The position numbers and the translations under genes were made by a program. The notes under the pieces are model-generated. The model was not told the origin of the DNA. It did no database searches and saw only the letters and a list, made by a program, of their open reading frames with translations. A stretch of 23,861 bases of DNA from Polyangiales bacterium (lineage in GTDB: Bacteria > Myxococcota_A > Polyangia > Polyangiales > Houyiibacteriaceae): positions 1-23,861 of the forward strand of contig JBGCFM010000233.1 in NCBI GenBank assembly GCA_045106895.1, read 5' to 3'. Numbering within the stretch: position 1 is the stretch's first letter; every line of letters starts with the position of its first letter. Below, one piece after another: positions 1 through 8,431 of the stretch.

Positions 1-969
1 GACGGCGCGCTGGGGGGTGTCGAAGCGAACGGCCAAGACTTCGTCCTGCATGACGAGGTCCGCGGGTGCAGGCGCATGGCGATGCCGGATACGGACTTCC
101 CCTCGGAAACTCTCCGATGGCGCTTCGCCCATCCAGTGAACTTCGCCGACGCGGCATTGGCTCTCTGCAAGAGCGGCGTCATCTCCGACGACGACGTCGT
201 TGTCGACGATGCGAAGCACGTAGCGGGCGCCTCCCCCACCGAGGCCAAGGCCCTTGCGCTGCCCCACGGTAAACGCTTCGACGCCCGCGTGGGTGCCGAG
301 CTCCTCACCAGCCTCCGTGCGGAGAGTTCCGGCGACGCCGGGGCCCCGCTCCCGCTTCACAAAGCCCGCGATGTCTCCATCGGGCACGAAGCAGAGCTCC
401 TGGGAGTCTGGCTTGTTCGCATTTGGAACGCCGAGGCGAACTCCGTGGGCGCGAACCTCTTCTTTCTTCATCCCACCAAGGGGAAAGCGCATCGTCTTGA
501 GGACGCTCGGCGGCACGCCAAACAGAAAGTAGCTCTGGTCCTTGGAACGGTCGACGCCGCGCTCCAGGACACCGTCGTTCACGCGCGCGTAGTGACCGGT
601 AGCCACCGCCGACGCGCCAAATCGAGTGGCGAGTTCCGCGAGATGAACGAGCTTCACGGTGCGGTTGCAGCGCGCGCAAGGAGCCGGCGTCTCCCCGGCC
701 CTGTAGGAGTCCAAGAAAGGCTCGATGACGTGCTCTCGAAAAGCCTCGCGCTCGTCCAGGACATAGTGAGGAATCCCGAGATGCTCGCATGTCTTGCGCG
801 CATCATCGCGGTCCTCGGGTGCGCAACATCGACCTACGGCTTGGCCAGGCGCCGCGTCCCAGAGGTGCAGCGTTACGCCGAAGACATCGTGCCCCTGCTC
901 TTTGAGCAAGGCCGCTGCGACGGAGGAATCCACCCCGCCGCTCATCGCCACCAAAATTCGCTCGCCCAT
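1..969 (-). CDS. mnmA: tRNA 2-thiouridine(34) synthase MnmA, 3' end runs off the window
   Basis: Not in the ORF track; translated by hand from ATG at 969: MGERILVAMSGGVDSSVAAALL...GRCCAPED...TPAPCARCNR...VATGHYARV...KDQSYFL...DSQELCFVP...FTVGQRKGLG. Shows the PP-loop SGGVDS and the other MnmA motifs; frame is open to the edge. Confidence 0.96.
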   Translation of the reverse strand, partial: MGERILVAMSGGVDSSVAAALLKEQGHDVFGVTLHLWDAAPGQAVGRCCAPEDRDDARKTCEHLGIPHYVLDEREAFREHVIEPFLDSYRAGETPAPCARCNRTVKLVHLAELATRFGASAVATGHYARVNDGVLERGVDRSKDQSYFLFGVPPSVLKTMRFPLGGMKKEEVRAHGVRLGVPNANKPDSQELCFVPDGDIAGFVKRERGPGVAGTLRTEAGEELGTHAGVEAFTVGQRKGLGLGGGGARYVLRIVDNDVVVGDDAALAESQCRVGEVHWMGEAPSESFRGEVRIRHRHAPAPADLVMQDEVLAVRFDTPQRAV

Positions 970-1002
970 CGCTCTAACCTGTGTCCCTTCGGGCGGCGGC
1001 CG

Positions 1003-2094
1003 TCAAGCTCGGACCCGCGGGATCACACGCTCCAGGATCGCGCATGCGGCGTGGATTGCCTCGTCGCTAAGGCCTTCGGGGCCGAGACTGAGCCGAAGCG
1101 CGGAACGCGCGCGGTCCATGTTGTCTGCGTAAAGCGCCGCCACGACCGCCGAAGGCTCCGGCGTGCCGGAGGAGCACGCCGAGCCCGCTGAAGCGCAGAG
1201 GCCTTCCATGTCGAGGGCCGCCACCAGCACAGGGCTCTCCCAGCCAGCCAAGGAGCAATTGGTGGCACTTGCCACGCGGGGCCCCTCGGCGCCGTTCACC
1301 TTTGCGCCAAGCTGCATCAGGCAAGCTTCGATTTGGTCTCGCCAGGCTGCGACGCGCGGCATCTCCGTCAAGCGCGACTCAATTTCGCGGCAGGCTGCAC
1401 CGAAGCCAACGATGGCCTCAACACCAGGAGACCCCGCTCGCCGGCCACGCTCTTGGCCTCCTCCATGGAAAACAGAGCTCAGCTCCACATCACGACGTAC
1501 CCAGAGGGCGCCGCTTCCGCTGGGCCCACCCACCTTGTGGCTCGCCACGGCTACGCAGTCCGCGCCGAGCAGCGTCACATCAATGGGGACCCGTCCAAGG
1601 GCCTGAGTGGCATCCAAAAAGAGCCGCGCGCCGACCGATTCGCAAGCAGCTGCCATTTGCTGGACAGGCCAAATGCTCCCGGTTTCATGGTTCACCCACT
1701 GCGTCGCCAGGAGCGTGCCTTCGTCGAGGAAGTCCGCGAAGGCTCCTTCGCGAAGCGCCGCCGCAGGAATGCGCTCCACAGGAACCCCGGCCTCGCGCGC
1801 GGCCGCCGACACCGCCGAGTGCTCTACCTCGCTGGTCACGATTCGCCGAAAACTCAGACCCCAAATGCCTAAGTTGCAGGCTTCTGTTCCCCCGCTCGTC
1901 CAGATCACGTCGGCGGCCTGGGCTCCCAGCGCAGCGGCGACGCCTTCACGCGCGTTTTCAAGGAGAGCGCGGCTTGCGCGACCTGCCGCGTGGATGCTGG
2001 AAGGGTTTGCAAAGGCGATTTCACGCGCCTCTTCCATGGCCGTCGCGGCGGCGGATGCCAGCGGGGTGGCCGCGTGGTGGTCGAGGTAGATCAC
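1003..2094 (-). CDS. iscS: Cysteine desulfurase (IscS/NifS group I, PLP-dependent)
   Basis: IYLDHHAATP, TSGGTEACN, EHSAV, DATQ, SHK (PLP lysine) and SAGSACSSG (catalytic Cys). Start placed at GTG 2094, a GTGA overlap with the upstream kinase stop; the ORF track start at 2331 is over-extended. Adjacent to mnmA. Confidence 0.92.
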   Translation of the reverse strand: MIYLDHHAATPLASAAATAMEEAREIAFANPSSIHAAGRASRALLENAREGVAAALGAQAADVIWTSGGTEACNLGIWGLSFRRIVTSEVEHSAVSAAAREAGVPVERIPAAALREGAFADFLDEGTLLATQWVNHETGSIWPVQQMAAACESVGARLFLDATQALGRVPIDVTLLGADCVAVASHKVGGPSGSGALWVRRDVELSSVFHGGGQERGRRAGSPGVEAIVGFGAACREIESRLTEMPRVAAWRDQIEACLMQLGAKVNGAEGPRVASATNCSLAGWESPVLVAALDMEGLCASAGSACSSGTPEPSAVVAALYADNMDRARSALRLSLGPEGLSDEAIHAACAILERVIPRVRA

Positions 2095-3257
2095 GATCCG
2101 CGCGCCACTCGCAACACCACACGCGTTCCAACCTCGGCGCCGGCTGGTGGACTCTCGACCTCCAGATCCCCGCCCATCCCACGTGCGATTTTCAGAGCAA
2201 ACGCGAGGCCAAGGCCAACACCCTCGTGAAGCCGAGTCGGCGAACCGTCCACTTGGTAGAAAGGCTCCAGAACGCGCGCGAGCTCGTCTTTTGCAATGCC
2301 GGGGCCTTGGTCCGTCACCTCGAAGGTGCATTCGCTTGCGTCTCCATCCACGACGATTCGAACGGGGGCGCCGCGTGGAGAGAACTTCAGCGCGTTCTGG
2401 ATCACGTGCACCATCGCGCGCCGCAGCTTGTCTGGGTCGCCACGAGAAGGAAGCTCCTTGGGAATGATGGCCTCGACGTTGGCATCGCCGGCCACACCAT
2501 CTTGGGCGCGGGTTAGCGCGAGTCTGGCCAACTCGACGAAGTCGTAGGGACGGTCATAGAAATGCAGCCGGCCACGCTCAAAGGCGGAGATGTCCAAGAG
2601 GGTGTCGATGAGGTCTCGAAGGCGAACCACACTTCGTTGAACCGCGCCCAGGCTCTTCCGCTGGAGCGGCGTCACCTCGCCGAGCTCGTCGTTCAGAAGC
2701 AGCTTCAGGTATCCAACGATGGGAGTCATGGGGGTTGCGAGTTCGTGACTCACGTTGCGCAAAAACTCGCGCCTTTGGCGGGCTATCTCTTCCAGGCGCT
2801 CGTTCGCTCGGCTGAGTTCAACGACCTTGTCCTCAAGTCGTGTCACGATGCGATGTGAATGCTCCCGAAGGTCGATCTCGCCGGTCTCCTCACGGATATC
2901 TCTGTCTCCCGCAAGGAAACGCGACACGATATCGACGACGGCGGATTTGACCGGTGGGTAGGCGAGGACACCGTCGGCTCCGGCGGCGAAGCAAGCGCGA
3001 CGATGAGCGTGGGAGGCGATGAGCACGATGGGAATGCCCGACAGCTCCTTTATCGAGCGAAGACGAAGTGTCGTCTCGTAGGCGTCGAGGTCCTGGGTGC
3101 GTGCCCCAACGAGGATCAGCTTGGGCACATCCTCGGCGGCGGTTCGTGCCCCGAGCACGCCCGAGGCTGTCTGCTCGATGTCATGGTCCGCGCCCAAGAA
3201 GTCCTTCACTGCACGTCGGACTTCTTCGCTTGCATCAATATGGAGAATTTGCGCCAC
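2091..3257 (-). CDS. Cytoplasmic histidine kinase with N-terminal degenerate receiver domain
   Basis: H-box NVSHELATPMT, N-box IQNALKFS, G1 DQGPGI, F-box EPFYQVD, G2 GVGLGLA. N-terminal REC-like fold (ILHIDAS...PKLILVG...IPIVLIA...AAGADG). Start GTG 3257, or TTG 3284. Confidence 0.88.
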   Translation of the reverse strand: MAQILHIDASEEVRRAVKDFLGADHDIEQTASGVLGARTAAEDVPKLILVGARTQDLDAYETTLRLRSIKELSGIPIVLIASHAHRRACFAAGADGVLAYPPVKSAVVDIVSRFLAGDRDIREETGEIDLREHSHRIVTRLEDKVVELSRANERLEEIARQRREFLRNVSHELATPMTPIVGYLKLLLNDELGEVTPLQRKSLGAVQRSVVRLRDLIDTLLDISAFERGRLHFYDRPYDFVELARLALTRAQDGVAGDANVEAIIPKELPSRGDPDKLRRAMVHVIQNALKFSPRGAPVRIVVDGDASECTFEVTDQGPGIAKDELARVLEPFYQVDGSPTRLHEGVGLGLAFALKIARGMGGDLEVESPPAGAEVGTRVVLRVARGS

Positions 3258-3313
3258 GGGTGCGGAGCTTGGCCCAATCTTCAACTTTAGGCGACCGCTC
3301 CTTAACTTCTCTA

Positions 3314-3342
3314 TTGACGGCAGGCCCCCACACTCGAAGAGT
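3314..3342 (+). promoter_or_regulatory. Possible sigma70 promoter (TTGACG-17 nt-AAGAGT) for the GspE-N gene
   Basis: Good -35 at 3314-3319, weak -10 at 3337-3342, ending 8 nt before an ATG that has no Shine-Dalgarno. Confidence 0.35.
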
Positions 3343-3350
3343 AGCCCCGC

Positions 3351-4547
3351 ATGGCGTCGGAAGTTGCGGCTCGGATCTTGGAAGAAGGCTTAGTTTCACG
3401 CCAAGAACTCTCCGAGGCCCTGGCGGATACGTCATCGACGCGGTGCATCGTGGCGCGGCTCGTCGAACGTGGCGTGAGCGCTGACGAACTTTTGGCTCTC
3501 TTTGACGAGTTTGGACCGCCAGTGGGGCCAGTTGCCTTGGCCGGCGCTCCGGCGAACCTCGTCGATCAGCTGCCCGCCGGCATGGCGCAGTCGTTCTTCG
3601 CCCTTCCCGTGGCGAAAGCGAAAGACTTCGTCATCGTCGCCATGGCGGACCCGAGCCATCAGCACGCCATCGACGAGCTCGCGCGCGCCCTCGACAAGAC
3701 GGTCCGGGCGCGTCCGGCCCGCGTCGACGACCTCCGGATAGCGCTGGCCCGGGCTTATCCAGCTCTCGTCAGCGAAGCGGATGAAGAAGTCCTCGACGCC
3801 GCTGACCTGCTGGAAACGGACGATGCCCTACGTGCGGGACCCCCGAGTGAGGCTCTCCTTCTGACCTCCGTGAAGGCCGAAGATGCGCCCCCAGCGGCCG
3901 CCGCATCCCACGAAGAGGCAGCCGCGGTTCCCCTAACGCGACCCAAAGTAACGCCGAAAGTGGCGCCAAAACGTACCTCCAGGCCTGCGAAGACCTTTCG
4001 CCGCCCCGTCGAACAGCTCGAGGTCGTGAAGGAGAACTCGTGGGCGGACCTGGATCGCGAATCCCGGCCTCACCATGTCGCGGAACCGGCTGTGGAGCTG
4101 GGACCGCTCCTTGCGGCGATTCGGGACGCGACCACCCGGGACAACGTGATCGTCGCCACCGCCGAGGCGGGCAGCCGTTTTGCGCGTTCAGCGGTGGTGC
4201 TGACGCTGCGTCGCGGTGTCCTCCGAGGCGCAGAGGCTCGCGGTGAGGGTGTTTCTACGGACGCGATCCGAAACCTTTGGATCCCATCCACGAGCCCGTC
4301 GATGTTCCGCATGGTCGTCGACGTAAAGGACATCTACCGAGGGCCATTTGGTGGGTCGGCGGCAGATCACCTCTACCGCGCGGCTATTGGAAGCCGCGGC
4401 GGAAACGTCGAAATCCACCCGGTGGACGTCCAGGGGACCGTCGTAGCGGTGCTGTGCGCCGACGATCCAACCCCGGACCCGACGGTATCTTTGGGTGTGA
4501 TCGCCCACGCGATGGGCGAAGCGCTGGCCCGCTTGGTTAAGGGGTAG
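3351..4547 (+). CDS. GspE/PilB N-terminal (MshEN/T2SSE_N) domain protein with Pro/Ala linker and GAF-like C-terminal domain; no ATPase
   Basis: ILEEGLVSRQELSEAL helix pair, then LVDQLPAGMAQSFFALPV...VIVAMADPSHQHAIDELARALDKTV...LRIALARAY (T2SSE_N signature). No Walker A. C-terminal VHPVDVQGTVVAVLCADD-like segment is GAF-like. Confidence 0.72.
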   Translation: MASEVAARILEEGLVSRQELSEALADTSSTRCIVARLVERGVSADELLALFDEFGPPVGPVALAGAPANLVDQLPAGMAQSFFALPVAKAKDFVIVAMADPSHQHAIDELARALDKTVRARPARVDDLRIALARAYPALVSEADEEVLDAADLLETDDALRAGPPSEALLLTSVKAEDAPPAAAASHEEAAAVPLTRPKVTPKVAPKRTSRPAKTFRRPVEQLEVVKENSWADLDRESRPHHVAEPAVELGPLLAAIRDATTRDNVIVATAEAGSRFARSAVVLTLRRGVLRGAEARGEGVSTDAIRNLWIPSTSPSMFRMVVDVKDIYRGPFGGSAADHLYRAAIGSRGGNVEIHPVDVQGTVVAVLCADDPTPDPTVSLGVIAHAMGEALARLVKG

Positions 4548-5190
4548 CCACCACGACTGTGTCGGCCTTGGCCATCCGCAGTAGGTTTTCCCGCTCTTCC
4601 AGGACACGCCGCGAGTACGACGTACTCTGGCAAACGCCCGTATTGTAGCACCCAAGGCCCTCTTCTACGGAGCCACAGCGAGCGATGGACGCGGCGACCA
4701 GCTCGGTCCCTACGTCAAGAACCTCTTCCTGACACGCGCCCGGGTCACGTTCGCAGCGCCGCCGGTAGTTCTCGTTCTGCACGAAGCGAACCCGGGCTCC
4801 GACACCCCTTGGGTGAAGCTGAACCAACCCACGCTCACCGATACCGCCTTCGGCGAAGGGGTTGAGCCCGCTCTCGCGAAGCGCCATGGCCGCCACGAGA
4901 AAAGGGTCCACCCCGTGACGTTCGGCGGCCTGGACGATGATTCGGGAGAACGCGACAAGGCGCGCCCGGCATCCCGAGCGGGCGTGGCGGCAATGGCGAA
5001 CGTACACGCGACGCGCCCCACCTCGCCAAACCGTCAAACGCTCAGTCAGTGCTCGCGCGAGTGCGACCGCCATTGGACCCGCAGAGGAGCTTGGAGACAC
5101 CATCGTGGTCTCTTCGGAATCCATGCTGGGCTGAGCCTCGCCGACATGAGGAAGAAGAAGGACGATGCTAAGTGTAAATAGGAAGCGCAT
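4537..5190 (-). CDS. Exported lytic transglycosylase (SLT domain)
   Basis: Signal peptide MRFLFTLSIVLLLPHVGEA; GVDPFLVAAMALRESGLNP (catalytic Glu), GLVQL, YNTG. Start at ATG 5190. Confidence 0.85.
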   Translation of the reverse strand: MRFLFTLSIVLLLPHVGEAQPSMDSEETTMVSPSSSAGPMAVALARALTERLTVWRGGARRVYVRHCRHARSGCRARLVAFSRIIVQAAERHGVDPFLVAAMALRESGLNPFAEGGIGERGLVQLHPRGVGARVRFVQNENYRRRCERDPGACQEEVLDVGTELVAASIARCGSVEEGLGCYNTGVCQSTSYSRRVLEERENLLRMAKADTVVVATP

Positions 5191-5291
5191 AGGCAATACC
5201 GAGCCCCACCCGACGGTGGGGCAGGAGATGGGCGGAGATAAGCCGCCCAATCCCGCGCCGCCAGCCTACACTAAACGTCCGATCAGTGCCC

Positions 5292-7106
5292 CTACTCCGA
5301 CTCGTCGTCGCCTGAGCGCTCTTGCTCTTCGGCTTCGTCCGCGGCGGCGGCGGCGGTGACGTCCTCTTCGTCTGAGCCGTCCTCATCGGAAGGTGCCTCG
5401 TTTTCAGTGCTTTCGCCCTCTTCGGCACCACCGTCGGTGCTCGGAGCTTCGCCTGTTTCGGCTTCGGAATCAGTCTCGGATTCGGCAGCAGAGTCGGTAT
5501 CCACCTCCACGGTCTCGGCGTCCGCCTCGCTGCTTGCAGCCGAGTTCTCAGTGGCTTCTGCGTTCTCCGTTTCATCGGTCCCCTTGCGGCGACGACGGCG
5601 GCGACGGCGGCCCTTCTTTTCCTCGCCTTCCTCCTCCGAGTCTTCGTTCTTTTCCGACTTCTCGGATTTGTCTGCCTTGTCGGATTTGTCGTCGGACTTG
5701 GACTGATCGTTCCCGGGACCGCGAAGACCATCGAGGAGATCAAAATCCATCGTGGTGAGGGGGACCGACCAGCGACGAAGGCCGATGCCCATGTCTTCCA
5801 TCGACTCAGAGAGGGCGGGGCCATCGAAGAGTGCAACGGGAGCCGCGCCGGACACGCCGGCCTCCTCACGCGCGCCACTGAGACTTGGGCCAAGGCCGAT
5901 CACCCACACCGCGCGGGCGTCACCGTAGTGGTGAAGCGCTCCACGAGCATCGATGACGATTTCCCGGGTGAGCTCACCATCGCGAAGGATGACGATTGCG
6001 AGGGGGATCTCCAGAGGCCCCGTCCGAAGGGTGCCCGCCAGGTGGAACTCGTTCCCAGAGGATGTTGGACGACGAACGCCACGAACCCCAACGACGCCCA
6101 TGGCGTTCAGCCACGTCGCCAGCAGCTCCAGGAGGCTCGACGATGGCAGGTCCCCGATGCGCTTGAGGAACACTCGACGCACAATTTCCTGCTGCCGCTG
6201 CGCGTGCTTGAAGGCCTCAGCCTCGGCCCGTCCCGCGTCTGCAGGCAGCCGCTGGGAAACCAGCGTGACTTCCGTGCCTTCAATGAGGAAACGGGGTGGA
6301 GCTCCACGCTGAGCGCGACGGGCACCGTCGCCACGAAGAGCGGCGGCCAGCGTTGGCGCCAAAGCCGAGGCGTCGCCGCTCAGGCGGCCCTTCTCGATGA
6401 GCGCTTCGGCAAGCGACACGAAGGATCGTGAACGACGACCGATGACGCCTTCCACAGAGTCCGCCAGATCACGGCCCGCGCTCTCGCCGGCACCGGTCTG
6501 ACGATCCCAGTCACCATCAAGGTGCTTCTTCTTGCTGCTCCGTCGGCTTCCGCGGCGGGAGCGGTCACGGTCTCGACCACCGCGCTCGCTGCGTTCGCTG
6601 CGCTCCTCAGACTTCTCCTCCTCGTCCCGGCGACCCCGGCGGAGACGGCTTCGCTTGCTGCGGCGAGAGTCTCCGCCTTCTTCGTCCTTTTGCTCACGCT
6701 TCGCTTTTGCGTTTTGCTCGAGACTCGCGAGGATTGGCACATCGTCGTCGTCTTCTTCCGGGAAGACGTCGGCGCCAGGATGATTGCTGGTTTCTGGAGC
6801 TTTGAACTCCTTGGCCTCTTCTTCCTTTTCCTCGGCCTTTGGCACTTCAACATCACTGCCGGTGTCTTCGAGGGCCTCCGCGGAGAACTCACGAAGCGCG
6901 AAAATGCCCGGTTTTACCTTGAGGATCGGCGCATCACCACGGTCCTTACGAACCATCGTGGCCAAACGTGAACTCATCGTGACTTCAGGTGTTTTCCCGA
7001 CGTGGGAGAGGAGGTTTCGCTCGATGGCGATCTCCGTGATCTTCTTGTAATGAAGGGGTTTACCAACGAGGCGGAGGATCTCCACTGCTGCTTCTGTGAA
7101 CGTCAT
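5292..7106 (-). CDS. HARE-HTH (HB1/ASXL/restriction endonuclease wHTH) protein with second wHTH, Mrr-like domain and acidic tail
   Basis: MTFTEAAVEILRLVGKPLHYKKITEIAIERNLLSHVGKTPEVTMSSRL...FALRE is a typical HARE-HTH. LPSSSLLELLATWLNAMG...RGAL...VALFDGPALSESMEDMGIG resembles Mrr_cat. Low-complexity D/E and R/S tracts. Start ATG 7106. Confidence 0.8.
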   Translation of the reverse strand: MTFTEAAVEILRLVGKPLHYKKITEIAIERNLLSHVGKTPEVTMSSRLATMVRKDRGDAPILKVKPGIFALREFSAEALEDTGSDVEVPKAEEKEEEAKEFKAPETSNHPGADVFPEEDDDDVPILASLEQNAKAKREQKDEEGGDSRRSKRSRLRRGRRDEEEKSEERSERSERGGRDRDRSRRGSRRSSKKKHLDGDWDRQTGAGESAGRDLADSVEGVIGRRSRSFVSLAEALIEKGRLSGDASALAPTLAAALRGDGARRAQRGAPPRFLIEGTEVTLVSQRLPADAGRAEAEAFKHAQRQQEIVRRVFLKRIGDLPSSSLLELLATWLNAMGVVGVRGVRRPTSSGNEFHLAGTLRTGPLEIPLAIVILRDGELTREIVIDARGALHHYGDARAVWVIGLGPSLSGAREEAGVSGAAPVALFDGPALSESMEDMGIGLRRWSVPLTTMDFDLLDGLRGPGNDQSKSDDKSDKADKSEKSEKNEDSEEEGEEKKGRRRRRRRRKGTDETENAEATENSAASSEADAETVEVDTDSAAESETDSEAETGEAPSTDGGAEEGESTENEAPSDEDGSDEEDVTAAAAADEAEEQERSGDDESE

Positions 7107-7355
7107 AGCTAAATTTCCGGGTGTCACGGCTTAGCCGTGAACCTGAGGGGGGCCGAAGGGGCCAGGTGAAAGAATCGACGGCCGGCGAAGGGTTCGCAGG
7201 CGTCCAAATACATGATTTCGGGGATAAATCGCCCGATGAAACTCGGTGGGCCAAGGGGCCAGGTCGCAATAGAGAGTTCATCGAAAGCCGACATGTCGGT
7301 ATCACTTAAGAGCCATGTTGGCAATCGAGACGGCCCGGTGGAGCCAAATGGGGCG

Positions 7356-8117
7356 CTATGGCCCTTCGTATCGGACGAGCGGGTGCCGCTCACCGGCCTC
7401 AAGGAGACGTGCAGCCACGACTTCGCCGCGAACGACTCGGAGGGCGGCGGTTTGTGTGACCTGGGGGAAAACCATCTCGACCCAATGCTCGCCGCTGCGC
7501 GAGTTGCAGCTCACCATCGCCGTATAACTCGCGTCTTCGAACTCCTCCGACGCCGGTTCGATGGGGCCCACGTAGCTCACGGCGCAACGGTGGACCTCGT
7601 AGTCTCCCAGTTGCGCAACACGTGCCCAGTCGGTGGCCACCCCAGGGTCTCGTTCCCGTCGCTCACGCGCTTCCGTGGGGCCCATCGAGGCCAGGAATTC
7701 CAACGCGGGGTGCCCTTCGAAACCGGGTTCAGGTCGAACACGAACCTTGAGGCGTTCCCCGATCCGAACGTAGGCGGCGAGCTCTGCGGCTTCCGGTGGG
7801 TAGTGCAGATCCGCCCACCCAGCGCCGGTCGCGCCCACGCATCGAACCATCTGGCGCTCGACGCGTCCGCGATTGTTTTCTTGCACTTGGCCCAAGTGAG
7901 ACACGTCACAGATGCGCTCGAGTCCTTGGTGATCATCGATGCGCATCCGCACTTGGCGCGGATCGATCGGCGTTTCACTGGTTGTGGGTCCCCAAGGTGG
8001 CGAGGGTGGCCAATCGTCGGTTGTAAGCTCCGATTCGTTGTCGCTCAGAATTGGCCCATCCTCTGTGCCTCCACATCCGACGAGAATAAGCACGAAGAAT
8101 GGGACGAAACGGCTCAC
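7356..8117 (-). CDS. Hypothetical lipoprotein with two internal repeats
   Basis: Lipobox FVLILVG|C; two related units, each with a Cys pair and WxxxxxP...GE...HP. Confidence 0.75.
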   Translation of the reverse strand: MSRFVPFFVLILVGCGGTEDGPILSDNESELTTDDWPPSPPWGPTTSETPIDPRQVRMRIDDHQGLERICDVSHLGQVQENNRGRVERQMVRCVGATGAGWADLHYPPEAAELAAYVRIGERLKVRVRPEPGFEGHPALEFLASMGPTEARERRERDPGVATDWARVAQLGDYEVHRCAVSYVGPIEPASEEFEDASYTAMVSCNSRSGEHWVEMVFPQVTQTAALRVVRGEVVAARLLEAGERHPLVRYEGP

Positions 8118-8342
8118 ACGTCAGTGCTAGCAGGGTTTGCGGTGTTGCCCAGACGCGCGGATTTGACCCTCTTCGGAAAAAGCATCAAAGAGACCCTTCG
8201 TCACTTTCTGGACCACGCCAGCATGGGTCCTGTACTTGGAGTGAGTAAGGCATTGGTCATCAACGTGGAACAGAGAACGCGGTCGACCCGAAAGGGGTCC
8301 AGGGATGAGTCGTTTACGCGAGTTTTTTCGCAGCGGCTTTCT

Positions 8343-8359
8343 CTGGCACGCATCTCGCT
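8343..8359 (+). promoter_or_regulatory. Sigma54 (-24/-12) promoter upstream of ddl
   Basis: CTGGCACGCATCTCGCT: GG(8345-46)-N10-GC(8357-58), matching TGGCACG-N4-TTGCW with one mismatch, in a 314-nt intergenic region. Confidence 0.6.
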
Positions 8360-8431
8360 TCGCAACGAGACCAGGCTGGCGAGTTCTTGCACCAACGTGC
8401 AAGACACAACCGGGATGAAGGGATGTTCGGA

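Noticed and set aside
76..1191. 371-aa plus-strand ORF
   Set aside because: Antisense shadow of mnmA/iscS; the minus frame carries all MnmA motifs.
1269..2516. 415-aa plus-strand ORF
   Set aside because: Arg/Pro-rich shadow of iscS and the kinase, typical of GC-rich DNA.
5586..5700. CGG/CGA and TCGGATTTGTC-like short repeats
   Set aside because: They encode poly-Arg and SDK/SEK low-complexity protein; not a DNA repeat element or CRISPR.
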